A DNA stretch of 64,000 bases from Armatimonadota bacterium (GTDB lineage: Bacteria > Armatimonadota > SYMT01), in the NCBI GenBank assembly GCA_041690135.1, contig JAWLHY010000001.1, positions 768,001 through 832,000 on the forward strand. Reading direction: 5' to 3'. Every line of letters begins with the position of its first letter. Position 1 is the first letter of the stretch. The position numbers and the translations under genes were made by a program. This document shows positions 27,644 to 36,747 of the stretch, in pieces. The notes below the pieces were generated by a model. It was not told the DNA's origin. It was given only the letters and a program-made list of their open reading frames with translations, and searched no databases.

Positions 27644-28717
27644 ATGGAGCGAGGCAACCGGATCAATCGGCGGGAGTTACTGGCCGGAGGCGTGCTGGTC
27701 ACCACCGGTATCGTAGTGCAGAACGCAAAGGCGGATGCGTCCGCAAGCGGGCCGCGGCGGCCGACCTCCGGTATTCTGGTCTGGCTTGGAGGTGGGCCTT
27801 CCGCCCTGGACATGTGGGACCCGAAGCCGCTCGCCCCCTCGGAGGTTCGAGGCCCTTTCCAGGCCATTGACACCAAGGTCCCCGGGATACAGATCTCCGA
27901 GCACCTGCCTCGCTGCGCGTCGATTGCGGACAAGTTTTGTCTGGTGCGGTCTCTAACGCATGCGCGTGAGGACCATGAAGGGGCGTCTCACATAAACAGC
28001 ACCGGTTGGGATACCTGGCCCGCCCAATCCCGCGACTCGATCGGGAAAACCCTGGGGTATCTGCGGCAGGCTCCGGGCGCCCTTCCCTTCTACGTCCGCC
28101 TGCCGGCCGTTCCGGCGCAAACGCGTTTTGATGGCGAGCAACTCCCGATGCCGCACGCCCTGGGGAGGACCGGCACATTTTCCGTTGACGAGGGCAGGGG
28201 CGGAAGTGCGCGCTGTGATCAACTGGAGTCCCTACTGGTCTCCGCCCGCAAGCTGGTGGCAGGCGGAGTTCGTTTCGTTACCGTGGCCACTGAAGGTTGG
28301 GATAACCACACCGACCACTTCTCCCGATTGAAGCAGGATCTGCTCCCGAGCCTGGACCGGGCTCTCTACCGCCTGTTGACCGACCTGGATGATCGCGGAA
28401 TGCTGGAGACGACCCTGGTGGTAGTCACCGGCGAGTTCAGTCGCTCACCGCAAATCAATCGGGACGGGGGAAGGGATCACTGGAGCCCCGTCCAATCGGT
28501 CTTGCTTGCCGGTGGCGGCATCCCCGGCGGTACCGTCCTCGGCGCCTCGGATGAACACGGAGCCTTCCCGGCCGAGCGACCCATCGACCCGCAGGACCTT
28601 GCCGCGACGCTCTACCACCGGTTCGGAGTGTCTCCGGATGCGGAGTTCGTTTCGCCCGAGGGACTTCGCCTGCAGGTCCTTCCCGAGGGCGCCCAGCCGA
28701 TTCGCGAGCTTATTTGA
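27644..28717 (+). CDS. DUF1501 domain protein (Tat signal)
   Basis: NRRELL signal, WLGGGPS..DMWDPKP, ISEHLP, GWDNH, LDDRGML, GEF.R.P.IN..GGRDHW. Confidence 0.88.
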   Translation: MERGNRINRRELLAGGVLVTTGIVVQNAKADASASGPRRPTSGILVWLGGGPSALDMWDPKPLAPSEVRGPFQAIDTKVPGIQISEHLPRCASIADKFCLVRSLTHAREDHEGASHINSTGWDTWPAQSRDSIGKTLGYLRQAPGALPFYVRLPAVPAQTRFDGEQLPMPHALGRTGTFSVDEGRGGSARCDQLESLLVSARKLVAGGVRFVTVATEGWDNHTDHFSRLKQDLLPSLDRALYRLLTDLDDRGMLETTLVVVTGEFSRSPQINRDGGRDHWSPVQSVLLAGGGIPGGTVLGASDEHGAFPAERPIDPQDLAATLYHRFGVSPDAEFVSPEGLRLQVLPEGAQPIRELI

Positions 28718-28726
28718 TGGGGGTGA

Positions 28727-29215
28727 ATGATGGACACGCAGCAACTGATGCCGATCGAAGCCACGCTGGCGGGCCTTTTCGCCGATGGTGACACCCTGGT
28801 GGACACGCGGGAGCATGAGCGCCCCCACGTGAGCTGCCTCACCCGCGCCTTTGCTGCTCTGGTGGCGGGAGACTTCGAGGGATTCTCCCAGGAGTTGACC
28901 GATGACGTGGACGTCCAGCTCTTTCAGCCTCCGGATCTGCCCTCCCGGCGCACGGCCTCCGGAAGAGAAGAAGCGCGGGAGTTGGTGAAGCACAACTTCG
29001 GAGCGTTGACCGATCAGCAACCGGAGCTTCTGAGCCTTACAGCTCAGGGGGATAGCGTGATGCTGGTCGGCCGCGAGGCCGGTAAGGTGCGAGAAAGCGG
29101 CCAGCCGTACAACGTGCACTTCGTATACCACTTCCGTTTCCAGGAAGGCAAGATCCGGCAGATTCTTCAGTATACGACCCTTACGGATTGGGCCGCTCCC
29201 CAGCCGTCACCGTAG
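28727..29215 (+). CDS. SnoaL/NTF2-like protein
   Basis: Pattern AF..GD....L.DDV, GRE, GD.V, and F..GKI. Confidence 0.75.
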   Translation: MMDTQQLMPIEATLAGLFADGDTLVDTREHERPHVSCLTRAFAALVAGDFEGFSQELTDDVDVQLFQPPDLPSRRTASGREEARELVKHNFGALTDQQPELLSLTAQGDSVMLVGREAGKVRESGQPYNVHFVYHFRFQEGKIRQILQYTTLTDWAAPQPSP

Positions 29216-30139
29216 CGCGTCCAGTTGTTGCTGGGCCGCGTGCAGGACCCGCATCGCGGGCAGCACAGCCTCCGGGCTGACGGCAGGTTCCCGGCCTTCG
29301 CGGATGGCGGCCAGCCATTCCAGGTCCTGGTTGAGGATGCTCCGATCTGTCTCTTCCGGCTCGAATTCGATGCCGCCGGGGCCCCAGAGCTTGCCGTCGC
29401 GGAACTCAAGGCTCGTCTCTTCGCCGATCAGCAGGTAGTCGTGGCGGGGCCAGGGGTCGTTGTAGGACATCGCGATGTTGACCAGCACCTTCCCCACCTG
29501 GAACTGGAGGTCCAGGTCGAGGGGAATGCCCAACTCGGGATGTGGGGGGCCAAACTGGGCACGGACGGATTCCGCCGGTCCCCCGAGTAGCCACAGAGCA
29601 GCGTCCACCACGTGACAACCGTGGTGCCAGAGCAGGTTATCGGTCCAGGAGCGCCGGCGTCCCATCCAGTTGACGTTGGACCGCCGGAGGAAAAACCACC
29701 GGCAAACGAGATGGTGCGGATGCAGCGCCCGGGACCGTAGCAGCCGATGCAATTCCTGCAGCGCCGGGTGGTAGCGCTGCGTGTGCGCGACCTGCACCTT
29801 GAGACCCGTTTCGCGCGCCAATGCCGCCACGCGTTCGGTGTCCGGGAGGTTGGTGGAAAGGGGAATCTCCGCCAGCACGTGCTTGCCGGCCCGCAGCGCC
29901 GCTTCCGTCTGCGCGGCGTGCAAGTCACTGGGGGAAGTGATAATCACCCCGTCTACCGGTGACCGGAGTGCCTCGTCGAGATCGAGGGTGACGTGCTCGA
30001 ACCCCCATTCTTCCGCGAACTCGCGGGTGGAAGCGGGATCGCGCCCGACCACCCAGGAGAACTCGACCCCCTCGACTTGCTGAAGTGCCCGCGCGTGCGC
30101 CTGGGCGATGCTGCCGTACCCGACGAAACAGAGCTTCAT
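29207..30139 (-). CDS. Cytoplasmic Gfo/Idh/MocA oxidoreductase (LigC-like)
   Basis: VGYGSIA, ITSPSDLH, HVLAEIP, AHTQRY, RRSWTDNLLWHHGCHVVD; resembles 4-carboxy-2-hydroxymuconate semialdehyde dehydrogenases. Confidence 0.8.
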   Translation of the reverse strand: MKLCFVGYGSIAQAHARALQQVEGVEFSWVVGRDPASTREFAEEWGFEHVTLDLDEALRSPVDGVIITSPSDLHAAQTEAALRAGKHVLAEIPLSTNLPDTERVAALARETGLKVQVAHTQRYHPALQELHRLLRSRALHPHHLVCRWFFLRRSNVNWMGRRRSWTDNLLWHHGCHVVDAALWLLGGPAESVRAQFGPPHPELGIPLDLDLQFQVGKVLVNIAMSYNDPWPRHDYLLIGEETSLEFRDGKLWGPGGIEFEPEETDRSILNQDLEWLAAIREGREPAVSPEAVLPAMRVLHAAQQQLDALR

Positions 30140-30534
30140 ACCCGATGATTACCTCGCAGGGATGTTGGTCCAGGGTGGACGGAACTCCTCTACGGAGCCT
30201 CCTCTCCATAGGACCAGGGGGAGAGGTGCTCGCCGGAAGACTTGGTGCGGAACGTGAGCTTACCCATGACTCCGATCTCCTCGTGGCCCGGAGTGGGAGT
30301 CCGGACGCCAGTCCGGGGTTCGGAATCGGTAGTCGCGATAAGATCCGGACTTCGTCCGGACTCCCATCCCGCACCCGGGGCGGACGGGTTCCAGAACGAC
30401 CGCCACGGAACGTGGCGCCATCCAGGCACCTCCGAACCCATTCTGGCCCGAGGTGGGCTGCGCTTATCCCGAGCCTTTACGCACGCACCCTTCTTCCGAT
30501 GCGGGCGAGGGGCGGGCGAGCCGCCCGCCCCACT

Positions 30535-30838
30535 TACCCCTGACCCCTCACCTCTCACCACCCTAGTGCGTGGCGCCGAGCGAGGCGGGGAAGACACACG
30601 GCCCCGCAGTTAGCCGGCTCCAGTTTCTTGGGTGGCTACGGTCTTGCACGCACTCATCTCCTGCAGGACAGGGCAACCAGAGCCGATGCCCCTACGGATC
30701 CATTCACCCTGACACGTACGGATCGGTTCTCCCAAACGGGTGCTGATTGTAGAGTCTACGCCCACGCCCCCTACTCACTCCTCAAATCTCGCCCTTTACA
30801 CCTCACACCTCTCACCTCAATCCTTCGTCCCTCGCCAG
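30535..30838. repeat. Two tracts of degenerate heptamer repeats (CCCTCAC/CTCTCAC-like)
   Basis: About 30538-30563 CCCTGAC-CCCTCAC-CTCTCAC; about 30770-30838 has 7-nt periodic C/T-rich units. Confidence 0.5.
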
Positions 30839-30842
30839 GCCA

Positions 30843-31982
30843 TCACTTGCTGCTGCGGGTGGGGCGCAGGCCGCCGGGTTCGGAAGCCATGGCGGTATTG
30901 AGCTGGATGTCTCCCAGGGTCAACTCCAGCGTGCGCTCTTGCCCATCGCGAATGACGCGGGCCTTCACCACTTCTCCGGGCCGGTGCTCGCTGATGAAGG
31001 TAAAGAGGTCGTCCGCGGTACGGATCGGTAGGTTGCCCAGTTGCCGGACGATGTCCGCCGGGAGCAGCCCGGCTTCCGCGGCCGGGCTGTTGGGGAACAC
31101 GTCCTGGACCAGCACCCCAGCCGTCCCCCGGAGGCGGTGCGTAAAGGGGGCGGTGACCGGTGTGTGGTACTTGATGCCCAGCCAGGGTCGCGGCACCCTT
31201 CCGGTGTGCATCAGGCTGTCCACCACGGGCTGCATGCGGTGCGCGGGGATGGCGAAGCCGATGCCGATGCTGCCGCTGGAGCCGCGTGCGGCCATGATCG
31301 CGGCGTTGATGCCGATGAGGCGTCCGTCTGAGGAGAAGAGACCCCCACCGGAGTTCCCCTGGTTGATGGCCGCATCCGTCTGGATCATGTCGCCCAGGGT
31401 TTGGCCGCCGACACGGATGGGGCCGCGGCGATTGGCGCTGATCACGCCTACGCTGACGCTGTTCTCAAACCCGAGCGGATTGCCGATGGCGATCACCGGC
31501 ATTCCGGGTCGCAAGTTCTGGGAGTCGCCGATCTGGGCCGGGGTATAACCCTTACCCTTCAGGTCCAGCAAGGCCAGGTCCGAATGGGGGTCCGAACCGA
31601 CCAGCTTGGCCTCCACCTCGCGTCCGTCCGCCAGCCGGGCCACGAGGCGCCCCGCCCCTTCCACCACGTGATGATTGGTCACCACGTGGCCGTCTTCCGT
31701 GAGGATCACTCCGGAAGCCACCGCCAGCGGCTCTTCCGGCTCGGCATGCGGCCGCGACCAGGAGAAGAGCTGGCGCCAGTCGGCCTCCCGGGTCGGCTTT
31801 GTATAGGCCTCCAGGTTGACGACGGACTCGCCCACGGAGGCGACGACCGAGGATGGATCCAGCATCCGCAAAGATGCCGGTGAAGTGGCCGCGACCGGCT
31901 CCGGATACAGCAGGCGAACGGTTAACCCGCAGCATCCGAAGCCCACGGCAAATGCCAGGACGGTGCTCTGAAACGCGCGCAT
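30843..31982 (-). CDS. HtrA/DegP-like serine protease with one PDZ domain
   Basis: Catalytic triad contexts TNHHVV, DLA and DAAINQGNSGG; RPWLGI PDZ entry; N-terminal anchor. Confidence 0.93.
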   Translation of the reverse strand: MRAFQSTVLAFAVGFGCCGLTVRLLYPEPVAATSPASLRMLDPSSVVASVGESVVNLEAYTKPTREADWRQLFSWSRPHAEPEEPLAVASGVILTEDGHVVTNHHVVEGAGRLVARLADGREVEAKLVGSDPHSDLALLDLKGKGYTPAQIGDSQNLRPGMPVIAIGNPLGFENSVSVGVISANRRGPIRVGGQTLGDMIQTDAAINQGNSGGGLFSSDGRLIGINAAIMAARGSSGSIGIGFAIPAHRMQPVVDSLMHTGRVPRPWLGIKYHTPVTAPFTHRLRGTAGVLVQDVFPNSPAAEAGLLPADIVRQLGNLPIRTADDLFTFISEHRPGEVVKARVIRDGQERTLELTLGDIQLNTAMASEPGGLRPTRSSK

Positions 31983-32075
31983 CGCTTTTTTTGCTCCCTA
32001 ACCCCTACTCCACCTGTTTCGGCAGGTCTCGTACCGGTTGGGAAGCGCGTGCCGCGTTTCGGCTTAAGCAAACGG

Positions 32076-32552
32076 CTACCGCTCCGCGTTCAACTGCCGC
32101 AGAACGGAGACCATTTCGATCGCCGTTACTGCCGCGTCGTATCCCTTGTTCCCCGCCTTGGTGCCGGCCCTTTCGAAGGCCTGTTCCACGTTCTCCGTGG
32201 TCAGCACGCCGTTGATCACCGGCAGGCCGGTCTGGACCGCGATGTTCTGCAGCGCGGACGTCACCGACGATGCCAGGTGATCGTAATGCGAGGTCGCACC
32301 GCGGATCAGAGCACCCAGGCATACGACTGCGTCGTATCGCCCGGAGCGGGCCATCTGCTGCGCCACCACCGGTATTTCAAAAGACCCCGGCACCCAGGCG
32401 ACCGAAATTTCCGCCGCGTCCGCGCCGTGGCGGACAAACGCATCCTCCGCTCCCTTCAAGAGCTGCTGCGTCACCAATTCATTGAAGCGCGCGACCACAA
32501 TTCCCACGCGCATCCCGGCGGCACTCATCTGCCCCTGGTATACCGTTGCCAT
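32076..32552 (-). CDS. ribH: 6,7-dimethyl-8-ribityllumazine synthase
   Basis: [33 protein letters not shown] and [10 protein letters not shown]. Confidence 0.97.
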   Translation of the reverse strand: MATVYQGQMSAAGMRVGIVVARFNELVTQQLLKGAEDAFVRHGADAAEISVAWVPGSFEIPVVAQQMARSGRYDAVVCLGALIRGATSHYDHLASSVTSALQNIAVQTGLPVINGVLTTENVEQAFERAGTKAGNKGYDAAVTAIEMVSVLRQLNAER

Positions 32553-32579
32553 TGGCGTGTTCCCCAGATTCCCGTGCGA

Positions 32580-33809
32580 CTATTCCTCGGCTTTGGCGGA
32601 CCGGAGATCGTCGGGCAGCAGGTGCCCCATCTTGTCCCGCTTCGTCTCGAGGTAGCGTTGATTGACTTCGTTGACCCCGCCCCGCAGGGGCACGGTCTCC
32701 ACAATGGAGAGGCTGAAACCCTCCAGGCCGCCCCGCTTGCGCGGGTTGTTGGTCATCAGGCGCATCTTGCGGACCCCCAGGTCGTGGAGGATCTGCGCGC
32801 CGATACCGTAGTCCCGCATATCCGGCGGGAAACCGAGCTGGCGGTTCGCCTCGACCGTATCATAGCCTTCGTCTTGCAGAGCATAAGCCCGGATCTTGTT
32901 CGTGAGACCGATCCCCCGGCCCTCCTGCCCCTGCAGGTAAAGCAGGACGCCGCGGCCTTCCCGCTGAATGCGCTGCATCGCCAGGGATAGTTGCGTGCCG
33001 CAATCGCACCGGAGGGAATGGAGGATGTCGCCGGTAACGCAGCCGCTGTGCACTCGCACCAGGATCGGCTCCTCGGGGTCGATCTCTCCCAGCACCAGCG
33101 CGAGGTAGGGCGCCTTGTCGATGGTGGTCTCGTAAGCGTGGGCGGTGAACTCCCCGTGCTCGGTGGGGAGACGGCAGGTGGCCTCCCGGCGTACGTGCTT
33201 CTCCGACTTGAGGCGATGGGCAATCAGGTCCGCAATGGTCAGAATCCGCATGCCGTGAGTCGCGGCGAACCGGATCAGGGCTTCACCGCGCGCCATCTCG
33301 CCGTCTTCGGCCTTGATCTCGCAAATGACGCCCGCAGGCTCGAACCCGGCCAATCGGGCGAGGTCGACCGCCGCTTCGGTGTGACCGGCTCGCACGAGTA
33401 CGCCTCCCTCGCGAGCGCGCAGCGGACGTACGTGTCCGGGGCGCAGCAGGTCCTGGCTGCGCGTGCGCGGGTCGAGAAGGACGCGGATGGTATGCGCCTG
33501 TTCCTTGGCGGAGATGCCGGTGGTGGTGCCCTGGCGCGCATCTACGGTCACGGTGAACGCGGTCTGCAGGCGCGCCGTGCTCTCATTGACCATCAGCGGC
33601 AGGTCGAGTTGATCGAGACGGTGCCCTTCCAGGGGCACGCAGATCCACCCGCGCGCGTGCGTCTCCATGAAATTGACGGCCTCGGGAGTGATGCACTCCG
33701 CCGCCATGATCACGTCGCCTTCGTTTTCGCGGTCTTCACTGTCGACCACGATGACCATCTTGCCGGCGCGGATATCGGCAATGGCATCTTCCACACTGCA
33801 GAAAGACAT
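32580..33809 (-). CDS. ribBA: Bifunctional DHBP synthase / GTP cyclohydrolase II
   Basis: EDRENEGD, TGISA, RPGH, RAGHTEA, VRVHSGCVTGD...RCDC, EGRGIGL and TNNP. Confidence 0.97.
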   Translation of the reverse strand: MSFCSVEDAIADIRAGKMVIVVDSEDRENEGDVIMAAECITPEAVNFMETHARGWICVPLEGHRLDQLDLPLMVNESTARLQTAFTVTVDARQGTTTGISAKEQAHTIRVLLDPRTRSQDLLRPGHVRPLRAREGGVLVRAGHTEAAVDLARLAGFEPAGVICEIKAEDGEMARGEALIRFAATHGMRILTIADLIAHRLKSEKHVRREATCRLPTEHGEFTAHAYETTIDKAPYLALVLGEIDPEEPILVRVHSGCVTGDILHSLRCDCGTQLSLAMQRIQREGRGVLLYLQGQEGRGIGLTNKIRAYALQDEGYDTVEANRQLGFPPDMRDYGIGAQILHDLGVRKMRLMTNNPRKRGGLEGFSLSIVETVPLRGGVNEVNQRYLETKRDKMGHLLPDDLRSAKAEE

Positions 33810-33968
33810 GGCTCAACCTTCCCCGGAGTGGCCCGCACCGGCATGCATGCCAACGTAAGTGCAATGGTGAACGGGCTCCTGTCCCCTTCTTTCTACGCAG
33901 GAAGGGACAGCGACGGTCTCCAAACGGTCCCGGAATGCCTTAGTGTATGCGCTGGACCCGGATTCTGG

Positions 33969-35636
33969 CTACCACCACCACGCCTGAAGAGTTTCTCGCG
34001 CGATTTGCTGTGCCGGAAGTGCCGTGTCCACGACTGTGAAGTCCGCATTCGGCGAAGGCGGTTCGTCGGGAAGCGGGTGCTCGCGGAGTTGGGTGTCGTA
34101 AACCGCGATCCCGGCATCGGAAGTAGCGTGCCCTGTCTGCGCCCGAGTGACGAGCCGCTCGCGGATCACCGCATCCGGACACTGGCAAACGATCATGCGA
34201 AGCCGTGCCCCACCTTTGGCAGCCAACTCGGCTGTGACCTCACGTTCCTTCGGGTCCAGGAACGTGGCGTCCAGGATCACCGAGTGCCCCAGCTTCAGGA
34301 GATGCGCCGCTCGGCTTCGCATCTCGCAGTAGACCGCCGCACGTTGGGCGGTGGTGTAGTGGCCGGGCTCCAGACGCCCGGTCGCCGGCACCTCCGCCAG
34401 CTCCTTTCGGAGCGTGTCGGACGAAAGCAGCACGGCGGGCATGCGACGGCACAACTCGCGGGCGAGGGCCGATTTGCCAGAGCCGGAATAGCCGACGACG
34501 ATCCACAACTCGGGAACCTTCCGGACAACCGTGTACGACCGGGCCAGGTCGAGGGCTGCACGGGCCAGATCGGCATGCAAGGTTCTCTCGTCAGGGTCGA
34601 TCTCCCCCTCCTGGGAAGCCAGGTAAGCGATCTTCCCCCGCACACAGGCGCGGTAGCAGAGGTAGAAAGGAAGGACCGCTTCCAGTTCGACGTCTTCGCT
34701 GACGTGCTGATATTCACGGACCAGGGTCGCGCGCAGATCGGTCCGGCCCGCGAGATCGAAGTCCATCGCCAGGTAGGCCAGATCGGCGGCAACGTCCTCG
34801 TAGCGAAAGCGATCGTTGAACTCGATGCAGTCGAAGATCTGGATGCCGTCCTGTATGCCTGGGGCCACGCAGATGTTCTGGAGACGCAGGTCGCCATGGC
34901 CATCGCGAATGCGTCCGGTCGCCATGCGTTTCCGAAACAGGGGGTCGCATTCGATCAGGAAGGCCTCGCTCCCGTGGCGGATAGCAGCGAGTTGTGTCTC
35001 CGGGAGCAGAGCGGGAACCGCCTTCTGGAGTACCTCGAAGTTCTCCCGCACGTTCCGGCGCAGCACCTCGGGCGCCCCGAATCCGCGAATGGTATCGTCC
35101 GTTTCCGCCTCCACATGGAAACGGGCAATCACGCGGGCGAGGCGTTCCACCTCCGGGTCCCGGAGATACGGAAGGCGGACCGGCAGCATCCACTCCTCGG
35201 GAAGGCGGCGCATGCGGACCGCCCATTCCACGACCGGACGGGGGTCTCCAGCCTCCCCGAACACCCAGCGCTCCCCCCGCTCCCCCTCCCGAACTACCGG
35301 GATCACTCCCACGTAGACTTCCGGACAGAGCCGGGCATTGAGCTCCACCTCACGGCGACAGTAGAGTTCCCGCTGTTCCAGGGTGCTGTAGTCCAGGAAG
35401 CCGAAGTTGACCGGCTTTTTGATCTTGTAGGCCCACCCCCCCGCCAGGAAGACCACCGAGCCATGCGTCTGGCGCACTTCCACCCGTTCCGTGCCCGGCG
35501 GGTAGCTTGAAGGACGGGAGAGTTCTGCAAGCAGGCGGGCGATTCGGTCACCCGAAATGTGGGATGCAATCCTGGAGCGTGGTGGACGTGACTCGGGCAT
35601 TTCACCGTCAGGGTTCCCGCTTGAACGTTCAGCCAC
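33969..35636 (-). CDS. APH/kinase-like domain fused to an AAA_33-type P-loop domain
   Basis: QTHGS, YKIKKPV, DGHGDLR, FDCIEFN, D...DLAYL.MD, then GYSGSGKS, SSD..RK and ILDATF. The start may be 35600. Confidence 0.85.
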   Translation of the reverse strand: MAERSSGNPDGEMPESRPPRSRIASHISGDRIARLLAELSRPSSYPPGTERVEVRQTHGSVVFLAGGWAYKIKKPVNFGFLDYSTLEQRELYCRREVELNARLCPEVYVGVIPVVREGERGERWVFGEAGDPRPVVEWAVRMRRLPEEWMLPVRLPYLRDPEVERLARVIARFHVEAETDDTIRGFGAPEVLRRNVRENFEVLQKAVPALLPETQLAAIRHGSEAFLIECDPLFRKRMATGRIRDGHGDLRLQNICVAPGIQDGIQIFDCIEFNDRFRYEDVAADLAYLAMDFDLAGRTDLRATLVREYQHVSEDVELEAVLPFYLCYRACVRGKIAYLASQEGEIDPDERTLHADLARAALDLARSYTVVRKVPELWIVVGYSGSGKSALARELCRRMPAVLLSSDTLRKELAEVPATGRLEPGHYTTAQRAAVYCEMRSRAAHLLKLGHSVILDATFLDPKEREVTAELAAKGGARLRMIVCQCPDAVIRERLVTRAQTGHATSDAGIAVYDTQLREHPLPDEPPSPNADFTVVDTALPAQQIARETLQAWWW

Positions 35637-35687
35637 ACACGTGGAATTCGCCGTACAAGACTTGCGGATGGGGCTTTGGACGGGAAG

Positions 35688-35730
35688 AAACGCAGAGGGG
35701 GCAGCCCAGTGGGCCGCCCCCTCTGCGTTT
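35688..35730 (-). terminator. Terminator closing the FHA-ParA-Hsp70 cluster
   Basis: 20-bp stem AAACGCAGAGGGGGCAGCCC/GGGCCGCCCCCTCTGCGTTT (one imperfect pair); ends in TTTCTTC on the minus strand. Confidence 0.75.
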
Positions 35731-35790
35731 GGCTGGTCGGTGATTCATGGAGCTGCGCACCCGCTAAGCAGCACTTGCCGGATGCACTCC

Positions 35791-36651
35791 CTAGCCAGCG
35801 GGATTTGCCTCTCCCTGTGCCCCGCTCGATAGGTCCGCATCGGAACCGGTCGCCGGGATAACGGAAAGCGCCGCGAACACCTCCTGGTCGGCCATGGTCA
35901 GGGCCGGTTTGGCATGCTCCGGCGGGGTCTCGCTCACCATTCCCGTTTCGGCGGTTGGCAGGTCATCCGTGGACCCCACTCCCGACTTCGCGGCGGAAGC
36001 TTCCGGCACTGCCGCGGCGACGGCTGTCTCAGCTTTTGGTCCCGCAACTTCAACCGAGCCCGGTGAAGTCAGAGAACTGATAGGCGCCGAGGTCGCCATC
36101 CGTTCCCGCGGCGCCTCCAGGGGTAGGTCCAATTGCTCGACCGACTCGACCAACTCCGCCTCGCCGCGAATCACCACCTTCTCATACATCCGCCAGCAAG
36201 GAACGCGAATCCGGAGCAGGTCTCCCGGTTGGCAGCGGCCGATGATCGAATACGCCTCGTCCATTTCCGGGTCGTAGCGCTGCACTGCACCGCAGTAGGT
36301 GTCCGGGGTCAGGTGGATGCGATGCTCCAACTCATAGCGCCACACGTTCAGGATTTGCCGGCAATGGTCCGCCGTGGGAGGTTCTTTCCCGGGCGTCGTG
36401 GCATAGAGGAGCAGCCGGAGGGATGCTTCCAGCCGGTTCACGATGGACAGCACCGCTTCCTCACGGATCTGGGCTTTTACCTGCTCGGGAACATCCGCTA
36501 CGGCGCTTGCCCCCTGGTTCCAGGTATCCGCGAAGAGCGAATCTGGCGGTAGCTGGTAGTTCATGGCATCCTCCGGCCGTGGCAGCAGGGAGTGAAACAG
36601 ACGCTCCCACCATCCACGGGGTTCTTCAGCAACGGTTTGGACCTGGCTCAT
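35791..36651 (-). CDS. Hypothetical protein with a GrpE-like beta domain
   Basis: Segment CGAVQRYDPEMDEAY....CQPGDLLRIRVPCWRMYEKVVIRGEAELV resembles the GrpE C-terminal signature; lies directly downstream of an Hsp70 gene. Confidence 0.6.
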   Translation of the reverse strand: MSQVQTVAEEPRGWWERLFHSLLPRPEDAMNYQLPPDSLFADTWNQGASAVADVPEQVKAQIREEAVLSIVNRLEASLRLLLYATTPGKEPPTADHCRQILNVWRYELEHRIHLTPDTYCGAVQRYDPEMDEAYSIIGRCQPGDLLRIRVPCWRMYEKVVIRGEAELVESVEQLDLPLEAPRERMATSAPISSLTSPGSVEVAGPKAETAVAAAVPEASAAKSGVGSTDDLPTAETGMVSETPPEHAKPALTMADQEVFAALSVIPATGSDADLSSGAQGEANPAG

Positions 36652-36747
36652 CCTCGGTCTCCCTAGGGTCAGCCTCTAAATTCTTCCTTAGCACCGGCCA
36701 CGCTTGTAGATCGGATTGCACATCGGGCATCCAATCCCGTTCCGCGT

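Noticed and set aside
33810-33968. Possible FMN riboswitch upstream of ribBA
   Set aside because: Conserved RFN element sequences are not visible on the minus strand in this short spacer.
32991-35510. 839-aa plus-strand ORF
   Set aside because: Spans ribBA and the kinase/AAA gene antisense; no recognisable domain.
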